This document shows, piece by piece, positions 30,874 through 39,964 of a DNA stretch of 64,000 nt. This DNA is from a virus. Taxonomy: Duplodnaviria > Caudoviricetes. Each line of letters opens with the position of its first letter. The first letter of the stretch is position 1. The stretch spans positions 1 to 64,000 of the IMG/VR virus record IMGVR_UViG_3300044557_000185, one strand, 5' to 3'. Position numbers and translations under genes: made by a program. The notes below the pieces were generated by a model that saw nothing but the letters and a program-made list of their open reading frames with translations, was not told the origin of the DNA and made no database searches.

Positions 30874-31542
30874 TTATCTTGACTCTTTTTCAAGTTTGAA
30901 TGAATCATAGTCTTGATCTGGATAGACTACGAACACTTGCTTGTCTGTGACTAAGGCTTCGTCTACATTCCTGACCATTACATTCGATATCGGATGCGCT
31001 TGTCTGTATTCTTCTGCATCGAATGAATAGCCTATGACATTTTGTCCATCTATATAACTGTAGCCATCTCTAAAATACGAAGTCTTAACTTGAGTATTGA
31101 TAGAGTAGGGTACACTTAGAATCGGTGACAGTCCCTTGTCGCCAATTCGCCATCCATTGATTCTGAACAGCCAGTCTTTGACTTCTGGAGCTACATACGC
31201 AGCCATCTGAACGTGCGTCTTGTATAAGTCTATAGAACCATTCGTCTTGTCGAAGTCTTCAGAATTGCTGACATCTGATATGATTGCCGATGTGAACCAT
31301 AGCGAGCTGATCCCGTTCTTCCATCCAGTACCATAGCAATACGGGCATATGCCGTTGGAAGTATCTGATTGCTGATATACGTCATCCCAGCAATGCTCGC
31401 AATGTGGCCAGCCATCAGGATGTCTATGTGCTGTGTACATTCTGACAAGAAGCACTCGCTCACCTGCTATGTGAGTAGCATCTTCTACTTGTCTAGCAAC
31501 CTTGTCAGATGTATGAGGCTGCACTATTCTTACTACGCTCAT
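30874..31542 (-). CDS. Probable head-closure/stopper protein
   Basis: CEHCWD..CPYCYGTG motif typical of myovirus neck proteins. Confidence 0.6.
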   Translation of the reverse strand: MSVVRIVQPHTSDKVARQVEDATHIAGERVLLVRMYTAHRHPDGWPHCEHCWDDVYQQSDTSNGICPYCYGTGWKNGISSLWFTSAIISDVSNSEDFDKTNGSIDLYKTHVQMAAYVAPEVKDWLFRINGWRIGDKGLSPILSVPYSINTQVKTSYFRDGYSYIDGQNVIGYSFDAEEYRQAHPISNVMVRNVDEALVTDKQVFVVYPDQDYDSFKLEKESR

Positions 31543-31955
31543 GCATCGACCTCCGTAGACACAGTCACATCTGTCCCAGCTAATGTCCTAACATATATTG
31601 ACACTTGTATCGATGATGCATCTATGAATGAAGCATTGACTGCTAGAATCTGATAGACTATCTCGTCTCTAGAATAAAGCCTAGGGTCTTTCTCAAAGCC
31701 TTGAGCTTGTATTTGCATGTATGTCTCGATAGTCTTTCTTATCTCATTCTCGACTGTTCGCAAGAACAAGTCAGTATGAGGTCCACCGACCATGTCTTGA
31801 AGCTTGCAGCCATATCCTTCATGGAATCTGTCTATGCCATAATGCTCAGTTATCCACAATGACAGTTGCTGTATAAGCTTAGCTTTTCCTGTTATAGCTA
31901 CACCACGTCTGTCAGACAGATCTAGATCGCCATTCTTAAGCTTCAAAGTGTACAT
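31539..31955 (-). CDS. Baseplate wedge protein (gp25/GPW-like)
   Basis: GDLD..KLIQQL..DRFHEGYGC motif. Confidence 0.75.
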   Translation of the reverse strand: MYTLKLKNGDLDLSDRRGVAITGKAKLIQQLSLWITEHYGIDRFHEGYGCKLQDMVGGPHTDLFLRTVENEIRKTIETYMQIQAQGFEKDPRLYSRDEIVYQILAVNASFIDASSIQVSIYVRTLAGTDVTVSTEVDA

Positions 31956-31958
31956 GCT

Positions 31959-32537
31959 CTACTCTATCACTTCGTAGAAAATTGCCACTGGAGATGCTTG
32001 TAATTGAACTAACAGGGAAATTTCATAAAAACAGATATTTCGTAGAATGTCAAATACTAGCTTTCCATTGAATCTTGTTCCTATCAATGCAGGGCAATGA
32101 GGACAAGGATTCAATTCAGAGAACAGCTTGCCACATATAGAACAATAAAGATCTGAATAGCAGCCCATAGAGACAGTTCCCATGTCACCATCTTCTATAG
32201 CCTTTACAAGATACGAATACGACTTGTCAACAGCGATAAGCAAATGAATGCATGCTCTTCCAGATTCATCGTCTTTGATGCCTGAAGCTACTACAAAGCC
32301 ACGTGTCCTAGATCTGTCTATGCCATCTTCATATTCATTTGAGTCAGTGCTTTTCTTGTAAGTATGGTCAACAAATACTAGATCGACTTCTCCATACTGC
32401 TCCCAAGACTTCTCTAGTTCTTCTCTTGGAAAGTAGTCGAAGTTCCTGTTCAGTTCTTCTCTTACAGCTATAGTCTTCACTAGTATGTAGTCATCGCTTA
32501 CAGAGTAAGTCTTTCCAAAGAATTCTGTCTGTGGCAT
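31959..32537 (-). CDS. Probable capsid maturation protease
   Basis: NRNFDYFPREEL, VFVDH, VSMGC..CSICG..CPH, FYEIS. Confidence 0.7.
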   Translation of the reverse strand: MPQTEFFGKTYSVSDDYILVKTIAVREELNRNFDYFPREELEKSWEQYGEVDLVFVDHTYKKSTDSNEYEDGIDRSRTRGFVVASGIKDDESGRACIHLLIAVDKSYSYLVKAIEDGDMGTVSMGCYSDLYCSICGKLFSELNPCPHCPALIGTRFNGKLVFDILRNICFYEISLLVQLQASPVAIFYEVIE

Positions 32538-32552
32538 CTGAATGATTGCTTT

Positions 32553-33005
32553 CTAGTTTAGCTTATGCACTGTTATTCGAATCTGATAAGCATTTCTGTT
32601 TCTGTCTTCATCTAACTCTCTGAACAGAGTACCTTTGACAACATTATTGTTGTCATCTACAAGAACGCCTGCAGAAACAAGAGCATCTTCTATATGCTTG
32701 AATGTGACAGCAAAATTTGGAGCATCAAATTTTCTGTTAGTCTTATTTAGACATTCGACTTCTATGAATGCTTTGGAGATAGGCTCTGACGGCAAGTTGT
32801 TTTCAGCAGCTTTTGCGCCCATCTCTCTGAGATTGTCTCTAGCTACATTCATAAGATGATTCTTGTAAGCTTGCTGACGCTGAGTCTTACAATAGCCGAT
32901 GCCATTGAGATTGATGAAGTCATCGCCGCTTATTGCGAAATTGTATGCAAATGATTCTGACGAGTCAATCTCTATAGAATATTCGTCTAATTGTATAGTA
33001 GTCAT
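32553..33005 (-). CDS. RusA-like Holliday junction resolvase
   Basis: RKFDAPN..K..EDAL...GVLVDDN. Confidence 0.75.
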   Translation of the reverse strand: MTTIQLDEYSIEIDSSESFAYNFAISGDDFINLNGIGYCKTQRQQAYKNHLMNVARDNLREMGAKAAENNLPSEPISKAFIEVECLNKTNRKFDAPNFAVTFKHIEDALVSAGVLVDDNNNVVKGTLFRELDEDRNRNAYQIRITVHKLN

Positions 33006-33011
33006 AAATTA

Positions 33012-33206
33012 TTAAGCAATAGCTGCTTTCAAAGCTGTTATCTGAGCTGGCGTCAACTTTGAGAAGTCGATATTGTCAGTTACTTCTGTCTTTTTTGCAT
33101 AATCTGTCAAATCTACTGAACTGCCAGCTTCAAGTTCACTAAACTTTTCATCAAGCTTATTCTCAAAGCTGCCACGGTTTGCTGCAGGAAATAATGGTTC
33201 TGACAT
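33012..33206 (-). CDS. Small hypothetical virion protein
   Basis: AGGAG RBS; DLTDYAKK and LTPAQITALK motifs. Confidence 0.7.
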   Translation of the reverse strand: MSEPLFPAANRGSFENKLDEKFSELEAGSSVDLTDYAKKTEVTDNIDFSKLTPAQITALKAAIA

Positions 33207-33290
33207 TATGATTTCTCCTTGTAGTTTGTATCCTATATATATAATTATATCATACTTGCAGTTTTTAAGAATGCAGATGAATAAAGCAGA

Positions 33291-35102
33291 CTATCGTTGC
33301 CAAGTGAATACTGACGTTCCGCAATTGAATACTCTCCAATAGCCAGCTTTAGACATGGTTGCATATTCATCTTTCATTTGAGTGCTATATCTTGATAGTA
33401 TGTCAATGCCATTAGTCCAAATGTACGAAGGATCAGTGTATCTTTCGAATTTCATGCCAATCTTTAGATAGCCATTTCCAGTGAATTTAGCTCTGTCACA
33501 ATATGATATTACTTTGTCAAATCCCCAGATTCTTATAGCGTTCTTGAATAGTCTAGATTCGCCACCAATGACATTGATACCAGTCTTGTTTGCAAATCGT
33601 AATAGCTCCATTCCATCAAAATTGTTGAATCTTGGCTTTCCGAATGTCATGACTGCAACAAGTTCTCTATTGAAACTCAATCCAATTCGATATTTGCTAT
33701 TGACGTTTCCTTGAAGATGATTAGAATCTAAGAATTTTTTAGCTTCGCTAGAAGATACTTCAACTACTTCGCATTTTCTTGCAAAGATTCTTCTATCTTT
33801 ACAAAACGAAGACTTTATCATAGACTTCACAATATCTTGCTTATGCCACCATTCATTCTCATATACGTGCATCAGTCTTATGCCAAGCTTATTGCAGCTC
33901 TCGGTCTTTTGCAATGCAGCAACTTTTCCTGCATATTGCTCAGAATGCCAGTATAGGCCATCAAATTCAAAAGCAATCTTGTTCTTCTTTGAATAGACAT
34001 CCAGCTCTTTGCCTTTTAGAGCTTTTCTATCGCAGCATGCATCTTCATCAAAAGTCTTGACAAAATCTAGAAGCTCTAGCTCTCCTTGGGAATGCTGAAT
34101 TTCATTATGTCCTAAGAATTTGTCTTGCAAGTTCAAATTTCGTATACGTCTACCAACTTGCTGAGAATATAGACCAAAGTCTTTCATGAATGAATAGTAT
34201 GTATTAGACTTAGAATCTTCTATGATTTTCTTAGCATATTCGTCGTCTTCGAAGAATCGTATCTGGTTTTCTGACCATCCATTATTTCTCATTCTTGTCA
34301 TTCTTGTCTTCTTTTTGAATTCAGGACTATCATAAATGACTTTCATTTTAGCTTTGAATTCAGGCTTGTTCATAGCTTTTGATATCGATGCAGACAGTTT
34401 AGCTCTAACTTCCGGTCTGCTCATATATTTCTTAATTGCGATGCTTTGCTTTTCACGAGAACCAGGCTTTTCAAAATAAGCTTTTCTGCCATCTGAAATA
34501 GCTTTTCTTACTTCAGGCCTTTTCATGACTTCAGGAGTCGTATTCCTAATGATTTCAGTCATTTTAGCTTTGAATTCTGGATTAGACCATCGTTCATAAG
34601 CCTTAGCAGACAATTTTGCTTTACATTCTTCAGATAAGACTTTTCCAATATTGTTTTCATGATATGCTTCACGATAGCCTGGAGAAGCCCATCTTTTCTT
34701 CATGACTTCAGATTTGATAGCTTTAGTCTTTTCAGATTCTTTTCTTCCAATTCTAGATGCAGACATTTTTGCTTTTGTTTCATCAGAAAAAACTCTGCCT
34801 TTCATTTTTTCTGACATTTTGTCTCTAAATGCAATATCATGATACTTCTTATGATTAGCTAAGCTTTTCTTAGTCTTGTATGTATTGCAACATATATCGC
34901 ATTTCCATTCAAAATGAGAGTCTTTGCATTTCTTGCATTCTGGCAGCTCTTTAATGCTATTGTATTCTTTTCCACAAGTCTTGCAAACGAAAGTCTTTGT
35001 TCTGCAATGTCTGCAAAGACCATCAACAACTCCAACTTTAAATTGCCTTCCACATTTTTCACATGTCTTTATTTCATATGCCATGTTTATATTATATAAC
35101 AA
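33291..35102 (-). CDS. Free-standing homing endonuclease (NUMOD3-like repeats plus Hef/Vsr-like nuclease); start probably 35084
   Basis: Zn fingers, SDETKAKMS repeats, ELDVY..AFEFDGLYWHS, IFARKCEV, NHLQG. Confidence 0.8.
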   Translation of the reverse strand: MLYNINMAYEIKTCEKCGRQFKVGVVDGLCRHCRTKTFVCKTCGKEYNSIKELPECKKCKDSHFEWKCDICCNTYKTKKSLANHKKYHDIAFRDKMSEKMKGRVFSDETKAKMSASRIGRKESEKTKAIKSEVMKKRWASPGYREAYHENNIGKVLSEECKAKLSAKAYERWSNPEFKAKMTEIIRNTTPEVMKRPEVRKAISDGRKAYFEKPGSREKQSIAIKKYMSRPEVRAKLSASISKAMNKPEFKAKMKVIYDSPEFKKKTRMTRMRNNGWSENQIRFFEDDEYAKKIIEDSKSNTYYSFMKDFGLYSQQVGRRIRNLNLQDKFLGHNEIQHSQGELELLDFVKTFDEDACCDRKALKGKELDVYSKKNKIAFEFDGLYWHSEQYAGKVAALQKTESCNKLGIRLMHVYENEWWHKQDIVKSMIKSSFCKDRRIFARKCEVVEVSSSEAKKFLDSNHLQGNVNSKYRIGLSFNRELVAVMTFGKPRFNNFDGMELLRFANKTGINVIGGESRLFKNAIRIWGFDKVISYCDRAKFTGNGYLKIGMKFERYTDPSYIWTNGIDILSRYSTQMKDEYATMSKAGYWRVFNCGTSVFTWQR

Positions 35103-35119
35103 TATTAATGCAAAGTAAA
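35091..35119 (-). promoter_or_regulatory. Phage promoter TTTACT-17-TATAAT
   Basis: Upstream of homing endonuclease. Confidence 0.8.
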
Positions 35120-35158
35120 ATACTGGGCATATTTACTACTAGATACTTAATATTTACG

Positions 35159-35238
35159 ACGTTGTTCTATAGTGATCTAGAATCTGAAGTATTATAAATT
35201 ATATATACTTAATACTAGCGATACACAGATAACAACGT
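35159..35238 (-). repeat. 80-bp dyad element copy 6
   Basis: ACGTTGTTCTATAGTG...TATTATAAATTATATAT...CACAGATAACAACGT. Confidence 0.93.
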
Positions 35239-35282
35239 CGTTAATCTGAGGGCATACTAGATTCTTATCTATAAATGAATAT

Positions 35283-35318
35283 AAAAAATGAGCAGTTTTA
35301 AGTCATGCTCAGGACTTT
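35283..35318 (-). terminator. Pseudoknot-like terminator after major capsid gene
   Basis: Minus strand AAGTC-CTGAGCAT-GACTT-AAAAC-TGCTCA-TTTTTT. Confidence 0.65.
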
Positions 35319-35337
35319 TGAAGCTAGATGGCTAAGA

Positions 35338-36306
35338 TCAAGCAGTCTTCTTAATCTTTACAACACCCATTGAGTTCAGTACGATGCAAGACACGAGTTC
35401 ATCGTAAATCGCCCTCAGCATAAAGTTGCTAACTGCCGTAGGGTCCAAATTTTGACTGATTCCATATCTTGTGCTCCACACACCGAGCATGTCTGATGGA
35501 GCAGTAACGTATACAGTATCCTTCGGAACAGTGATAGCCTGAAGGACATTGAAGTCACCGAATGTTGTTCTCTTGTATCCAGCGAAGTAGTCATCCTTGA
35601 ATGACACACCTGCAACAGTCAGATCCCAGCGGTACATGTCAAGAGCTGCACCAGGAGAGGTGATGATGTTCTTTACATTGACCTGCTGATCTAGGATATG
35701 AGCTTGTGCATCTAGGAACGAATCAAGAGTGAATGTATTCGAAGACAGAGTCACATCATTGTCTGTATTGCCTGGATGCAATTCTTTCCAAGCATCGACA
35801 GCAAGATCAAGACCATCATAAAGCAAAGCATCTTCTTGCTTTGCAAGCTGCTGGACAGTCATGTTCTCTGCATAGTCGATAGGAGAAGCAGCAAGAAGCT
35901 CGATATCAGTTCTAGAGATCTCGTATTCTGCAGCAATTCGACCGTACTGCGGAATTACCTGCTTGCCTTCAATTCTGCTGACTCTTACTTCACCATCGTT
36001 AGAGTTGAGTGCATAAGCTGCAGGAAGCTCATCGAGAACAGGATAAGCACGAATAGTACCCTGAGGCACCATGTCTTCTACTAGTGCCTGACGAGCAATG
36101 CCTTCGTAATTGACACGAATCGAAATCGGGCCAACCATAGCTTCAGCAAGCTTAGCAGATCCACCTTCACGGAAGATCTGAGCTAGCTTGGCTCTCTTCT
36201 GGTCTTTAGTAAGAGTTCGCTTTGCAGCAATCTTCTTCTGTGCTTGTTCAGCATATTCTTTGGCTAGTCTAGCCTTGTGTTCTGTATTAGTCATGATTTT
36301 TGACAT
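35338..36306 (-). CDS. Major capsid protein (HK97 fold)
   Basis: 322 aa; MVGPISIRVNYEGIARQAL, AKQED motifs; downstream of scaffold and decoration genes. Confidence 0.85.
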   Translation of the reverse strand: MSKIMTNTEHKARLAKEYAEQAQKKIAAKRTLTKDQKRAKLAQIFREGGSAKLAEAMVGPISIRVNYEGIARQALVEDMVPQGTIRAYPVLDELPAAYALNSNDGEVRVSRIEGKQVIPQYGRIAAEYEISRTDIELLAASPIDYAENMTVQQLAKQEDALLYDGLDLAVDAWKELHPGNTDNDVTLSSNTFTLDSFLDAQAHILDQQVNVKNIITSPGAALDMYRWDLTVAGVSFKDDYFAGYKRTTFGDFNVLQAITVPKDTVYVTAPSDMLGVWSTRYGISQNLDPTAVSNFMLRAIYDELVSCIVLNSMGVVKIKKTA

Positions 36307-36321
36307 AAGCCTTTCTTAAAA

Positions 36322-36810
36322 TCAAGCGTTAGTGATGACTGACGGATCTAGAAGCTGAATGACGATAGAATCATCATCAAGTTCTAGCAGATTGCCAACT
36401 CTAGCGCCAGCCTTGGAAGTAAGCTTTCCATCAGCACCAGCATTGACTGGAACTGCTACGCCAGTTCCTGGGAAAGTGAAAGCAGCATCAGCAGCAATTG
36501 CTTCTTTAGAAATGCGAACAGTAGTGTTGTTGCTGCCAACAATCACGGTGAACTCGTCATTCGGGCCAAGCTGGTTGACGCCGCCATTGCCGAACTTTCT
36601 TGCATAGAAGACAGAAGCTAGACCGAAAGGCGTGCCTGTGCCATCATAAAGATCGACTACATTGTTGCCAAGATGCTTCATGACCATCCCGGGAAGAATC
36701 TCTTTGTCGTTAGGAGTCTTTAGAGTGCCAGCGAACTGAACTTCATTGCTGTACTCTACCTTAGCAGTTCTATGAAGAAATGCATCTTTTACAGTATTGA
36801 CTGTGATCAT
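36322..36810 (-). CDS. Capsid decoration/cement protein
   Basis: ILPGMVM motif; between scaffold and capsid genes. Confidence 0.65.
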   Translation of the reverse strand: MITVNTVKDAFLHRTAKVEYSNEVQFAGTLKTPNDKEILPGMVMKHLGNNVVDLYDGTGTPFGLASVFYARKFGNGGVNQLGPNDEFTVIVGSNNTTVRISKEAIAADAAFTFPGTGVAVPVNAGADGKLTSKAGARVGNLLELDDDSIVIQLLDPSVITNA

Positions 36811-36844
36811 CTGTTAAGTCTTTCTATTTGATCGTTGTCGGTTA

Positions 36845-38161
36845 TCAGATTAGTGCCATGTCGATAGAAGAATCGAACGATGGAGTAGCAGAAGCTAGCT
36901 TCAATGGCTTGCGAGCTTCTTTTCTTGCTTCAAAAGCTGCAGTCTTAGCTCTAGCAATTCGATTATGATTTTCTGCAATTCGCTTAGCAGCTTTCAGAGC
37001 AGAAGCGCGCTTAGCATTCAAAGATGCAGTCTTGTCATCTTTAGCATCGTCTTCAGGCTTGCCAGTCTTTTCAGAAATGAACTTCAATGCGTCAGTTGTA
37101 TTGTCGAAATCAGTTGTCTCGCCATCGATAGTGACGTGAGTGCCATCTTCATCTGAAGTCATAGACAGATTAGCTTTCTTTACAGAAGCCTTACGAATTC
37201 TCTTTGCTGCTCTATGCTTAGAAGCTACTGTGCCACCATTGTCAAGAATGATGTCGTAGACGTCTTGCTTAGCTTCATCCATAGAAGAGTAAGAAGCTTC
37301 ATCGTTGCCATTGACTTCAAGCTCGACATGACCATCAGAATACTGAAGCAGCACGTAGTCATCATCATTAGCTTCATCTGTCATTGTCTGAGCATCAGTG
37401 ACGTCTTCCATTCCTGGATAGTCAGAATAGTCTACAGTAGTCCATTCTGCTTTCTTTACAGAAGCCTTGACAGCTGCAAGTCTCTTAGCAGAAGCTTTGG
37501 AGACGGCTTTGACAGCAACAAGCTGATTCTTGACAGAAGCCTTAGTCATCGAGGACATTCTTTCGATAGCATCAAATCGATTGGCTTCAGCAATGACTCC
37601 AGCCTTGATGTAGGAATCTACAAGACGCATCACAGATGCAGTGCTAGCTGTATCTTCGGAAGGCTTGCCAGGCTTAGGAGTCTTAGGAGCATCAGTCTCA
37701 GAATCGACAGGATAGTCAGGCTCTGCTGAACCGCCATCTTCGTTGTCGCCTACAGGCTGATCTGGATCCTTTGCATCTGAAAGATTGTCAATCAAATCCT
37801 CATAGCCTACGCCATTGTCTTTGACGTCGTCTAGAATCTCATCAGCTGATTTTGGAGCAGTAGCTTCATCAGCAACTCTCTTGCTTGCATTTCTTTTCAT
37901 GTATCGGCCCTTTCCTGTCTCACATGATTTAGTGTCACTATTGATAGCTTTCAAGACTTTGTCGAATCCGTCAGATATTGCTTTCGCAATGTCTTCGTTA
38001 TCTCCATCATCTTCATCGCTTGCAGAGCTTTCATCTTCTAAAGCTTCATTAGAATCTGACTCTACGAAATCGTTGTCTTTGCCGGAGTCTTCTTCAGCAG
38101 TCACGTCATCAGTGTCATCTAAGACATCTGAATCGTCTATGCGATCAGTATCTGTTTCCAT
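36845..38161 (-). CDS. Scaffolding protein
   Basis: Acidic, low-complexity, upstream of capsid genes. Confidence 0.65.
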   Translation of the reverse strand: METDTDRIDDSDVLDDTDDVTAEEDSGKDNDFVESDSNEALEDESSASDEDDGDNEDIAKAISDGFDKVLKAINSDTKSCETGKGRYMKRNASKRVADEATAPKSADEILDDVKDNGVGYEDLIDNLSDAKDPDQPVGDNEDGGSAEPDYPVDSETDAPKTPKPGKPSEDTASTASVMRLVDSYIKAGVIAEANRFDAIERMSSMTKASVKNQLVAVKAVSKASAKRLAAVKASVKKAEWTTVDYSDYPGMEDVTDAQTMTDEANDDDYVLLQYSDGHVELEVNGNDEASYSSMDEAKQDVYDIILDNGGTVASKHRAAKRIRKASVKKANLSMTSDEDGTHVTIDGETTDFDNTTDALKFISEKTGKPEDDAKDDKTASLNAKRASALKAAKRIAENHNRIARAKTAAFEARKEARKPLKLASATPSFDSSIDMALI

Positions 38162-38244
38162 GAAGCTCTTTTCGGTAAAAGAATCAGAATGCTTTTATTT
38201 CCGATCCATATAATTATATTATAACATCTTATCAGCATTTCACA

Positions 38245-38272
38245 GGTTGGCACCTGCATAAGCATGCCAACC
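38245..38272. terminator. Hairpin downstream of endolysin
   Basis: GGTTGGCA...TGCCAACC. Confidence 0.5.
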
Positions 38273-38316
38273 ATATGAAACTGCAGACTTGCTATTTTGC
38301 AAGCATTCTAATACTA

Positions 38317-39450
38317 CTAGAATGGATTGCTGCTTGCTATAGCTAGCTGAAGCCTGTCAAGTGGCTCTCCAAGTATTCCAGCAAAGCCATCGAAGCCTGG
38401 AACAGACTTCCCATCATCGCAGCATACTCCGAGCCATCCTGCTCTTTGTGTAGTCTGAGAGCGATACCAGGCTTGCTTCATGCTGTCACCCTTTGGAGTC
38501 GTGTAGTAGAACTTGACTCCATCGATAGCATGGCCGAATACGCCTGCGCATTTGTTGACAGTGTCTCTAGGGTCGCCATACATCACTGATGGAAGCCATC
38601 CATCTTGCGCAGTATGTACAGAGTAGTCAAGGCGTCCTCTGTCTACCCAAGCGTACAGCATGTCATGTTGATGATTTGGATATCCAGCAAAGCCATTGTC
38701 ATTAGCATTGTTGAAGTTGACTACATCTCCAAGCCAGCCAGCACCTAGTTGATGAAGTCCATAATGAACATTGACAGTGGTTGCATTAGACGGTGCAGGA
38801 GTAGGTGCTGGTGCTGATCCATTGCCGCCTGCTATCTTGTTCCAAGCGTTTCTGTCTCCAACGAAGATGCTAAGATCAAGTCTGCCATTATAGCCGCCGA
38901 TAGCCCCAGATGAAGTGAACTGACGCATAGCATATCCAGCCATGTCCCAAGGATCAGTCTGCCAGCCTGTTGGGTTCATGTCTGCATACATAGCATCCCA
39001 TACCATGCAGTCATGACGCTTGCATACAGGATCAACTGAGCCTGCAACTGAACGCTGACGATAGACGACTGGCTTGACGCCTGTACGTCTGATGAACTCT
39101 GTTATCCAAGCTTCAAGATACCCTACATTGCCCCATGCTCTGTTGTCTCCAGCTTCCCAGTCAACAGATGGAACGAACTTATGAAGATATCCCTTAGTAG
39201 CATTTACAAAGAATTGCGCCTCTTGTTCAGCTGTCTTGTATCCTCTGATGTAGTGCATGTATCCTACAGCTTTGCCTGATCTAGCAGCAGCTTGTATCTT
39301 GGAATCTGCTCCTGGCCATACAGAGTTGACTATGCCATTGACAGTCAGCTCTCCTGCGCCCCAAGTGCACTGGACTACTAAGCCATCACAATCCAGAGCT
39401 GCTGGATTGACATCTGGCTTGAAATTGCTTATGTCTACGATTCTAAGCAT
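38317..39450 (-). CDS. Endolysin, GH25 muramidase with C-terminal cell-wall-binding domain
   Basis: VDISN, VDWE, QFTSSG..LDLS; Pro-Ala linker; DRLQL-type repeats. Confidence 0.9.
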   Translation of the reverse strand: MLRIVDISNFKPDVNPAALDCDGLVVQCTWGAGELTVNGIVNSVWPGADSKIQAAARSGKAVGYMHYIRGYKTAEQEAQFFVNATKGYLHKFVPSVDWEAGDNRAWGNVGYLEAWITEFIRRTGVKPVVYRQRSVAGSVDPVCKRHDCMVWDAMYADMNPTGWQTDPWDMAGYAMRQFTSSGAIGGYNGRLDLSIFVGDRNAWNKIAGGNGSAPAPTPAPSNATTVNVHYGLHQLGAGWLGDVVNFNNANDNGFAGYPNHQHDMLYAWVDRGRLDYSVHTAQDGWLPSVMYGDPRDTVNKCAGVFGHAIDGVKFYYTTPKGDSMKQAWYRSQTTQRAGWLGVCCDDGKSVPGFDGFAGILGEPLDRLQLAIASSNPF

Positions 39451-39478
39451 TAGAATCTCCTTTTTGTTTGAAATTACG

Positions 39479-39558
39479 ACGTTGTTCTCTGTGGACTTAA
39501 TTCGGTCTATATATATAATTATATATCTTCATACATCTATGTTCACAGAGATAAACGT
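39479..39558 (-). repeat. 80-bp dyad element copy 7
   Basis: ACGTTGTTCTCTGTGGAC...TATATATAATTATATAT...GTTCACAGAGATAAACGT. Confidence 0.95.
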
Positions 39559-39596
39559 CGTTATTCTTGGATATAGCTAGAATAACTTGCTATATA

Positions 39597-39959
39597 TTAT
39601 TCAGCATGGTCTACATGTGCATCTTCTGTAGGCTTTGCTGGTTCTGCAGCTGATACATTGCCAATCTCAAGCAATGCATCAAGCCACTTGTTAGTAATGC
39701 CGACAGCCTTGAAAGCAGCGTATGCTGTCTGAATGCCACCAACAATAGCGAATATCACTGTAACCCACAAAGCTGGAGTTTCAGGAATGCCGTTGATGAA
39801 TCCACCTATAGCTCCAGCTGTAAGAGACAATACCAATGCTACAACTCTTGATGCATTTGCCGACATAGCTTTAGTCTTTATAGCTTGGATTGCAAATGGC
39901 ACGACCAAGACCAGTAGCACTGTAGATGCTGCTTGAATGATTTGAATGTCCATATTCAT
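39597..39959 (-). CDS. Holin
   Basis: Three hydrophobic segments, adjacent to endolysin. Confidence 0.8.
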   Translation of the reverse strand: MNMDIQIIQAASTVLLVLVVPFAIQAIKTKAMSANASRVVALVLSLTAGAIGGFINGIPETPALWVTVIFAIVGGIQTAYAAFKAVGITNKWLDALLEIGNVSAAEPAKPTEDAHVDHAE

Positions 39960-39964
39960 ACTTT

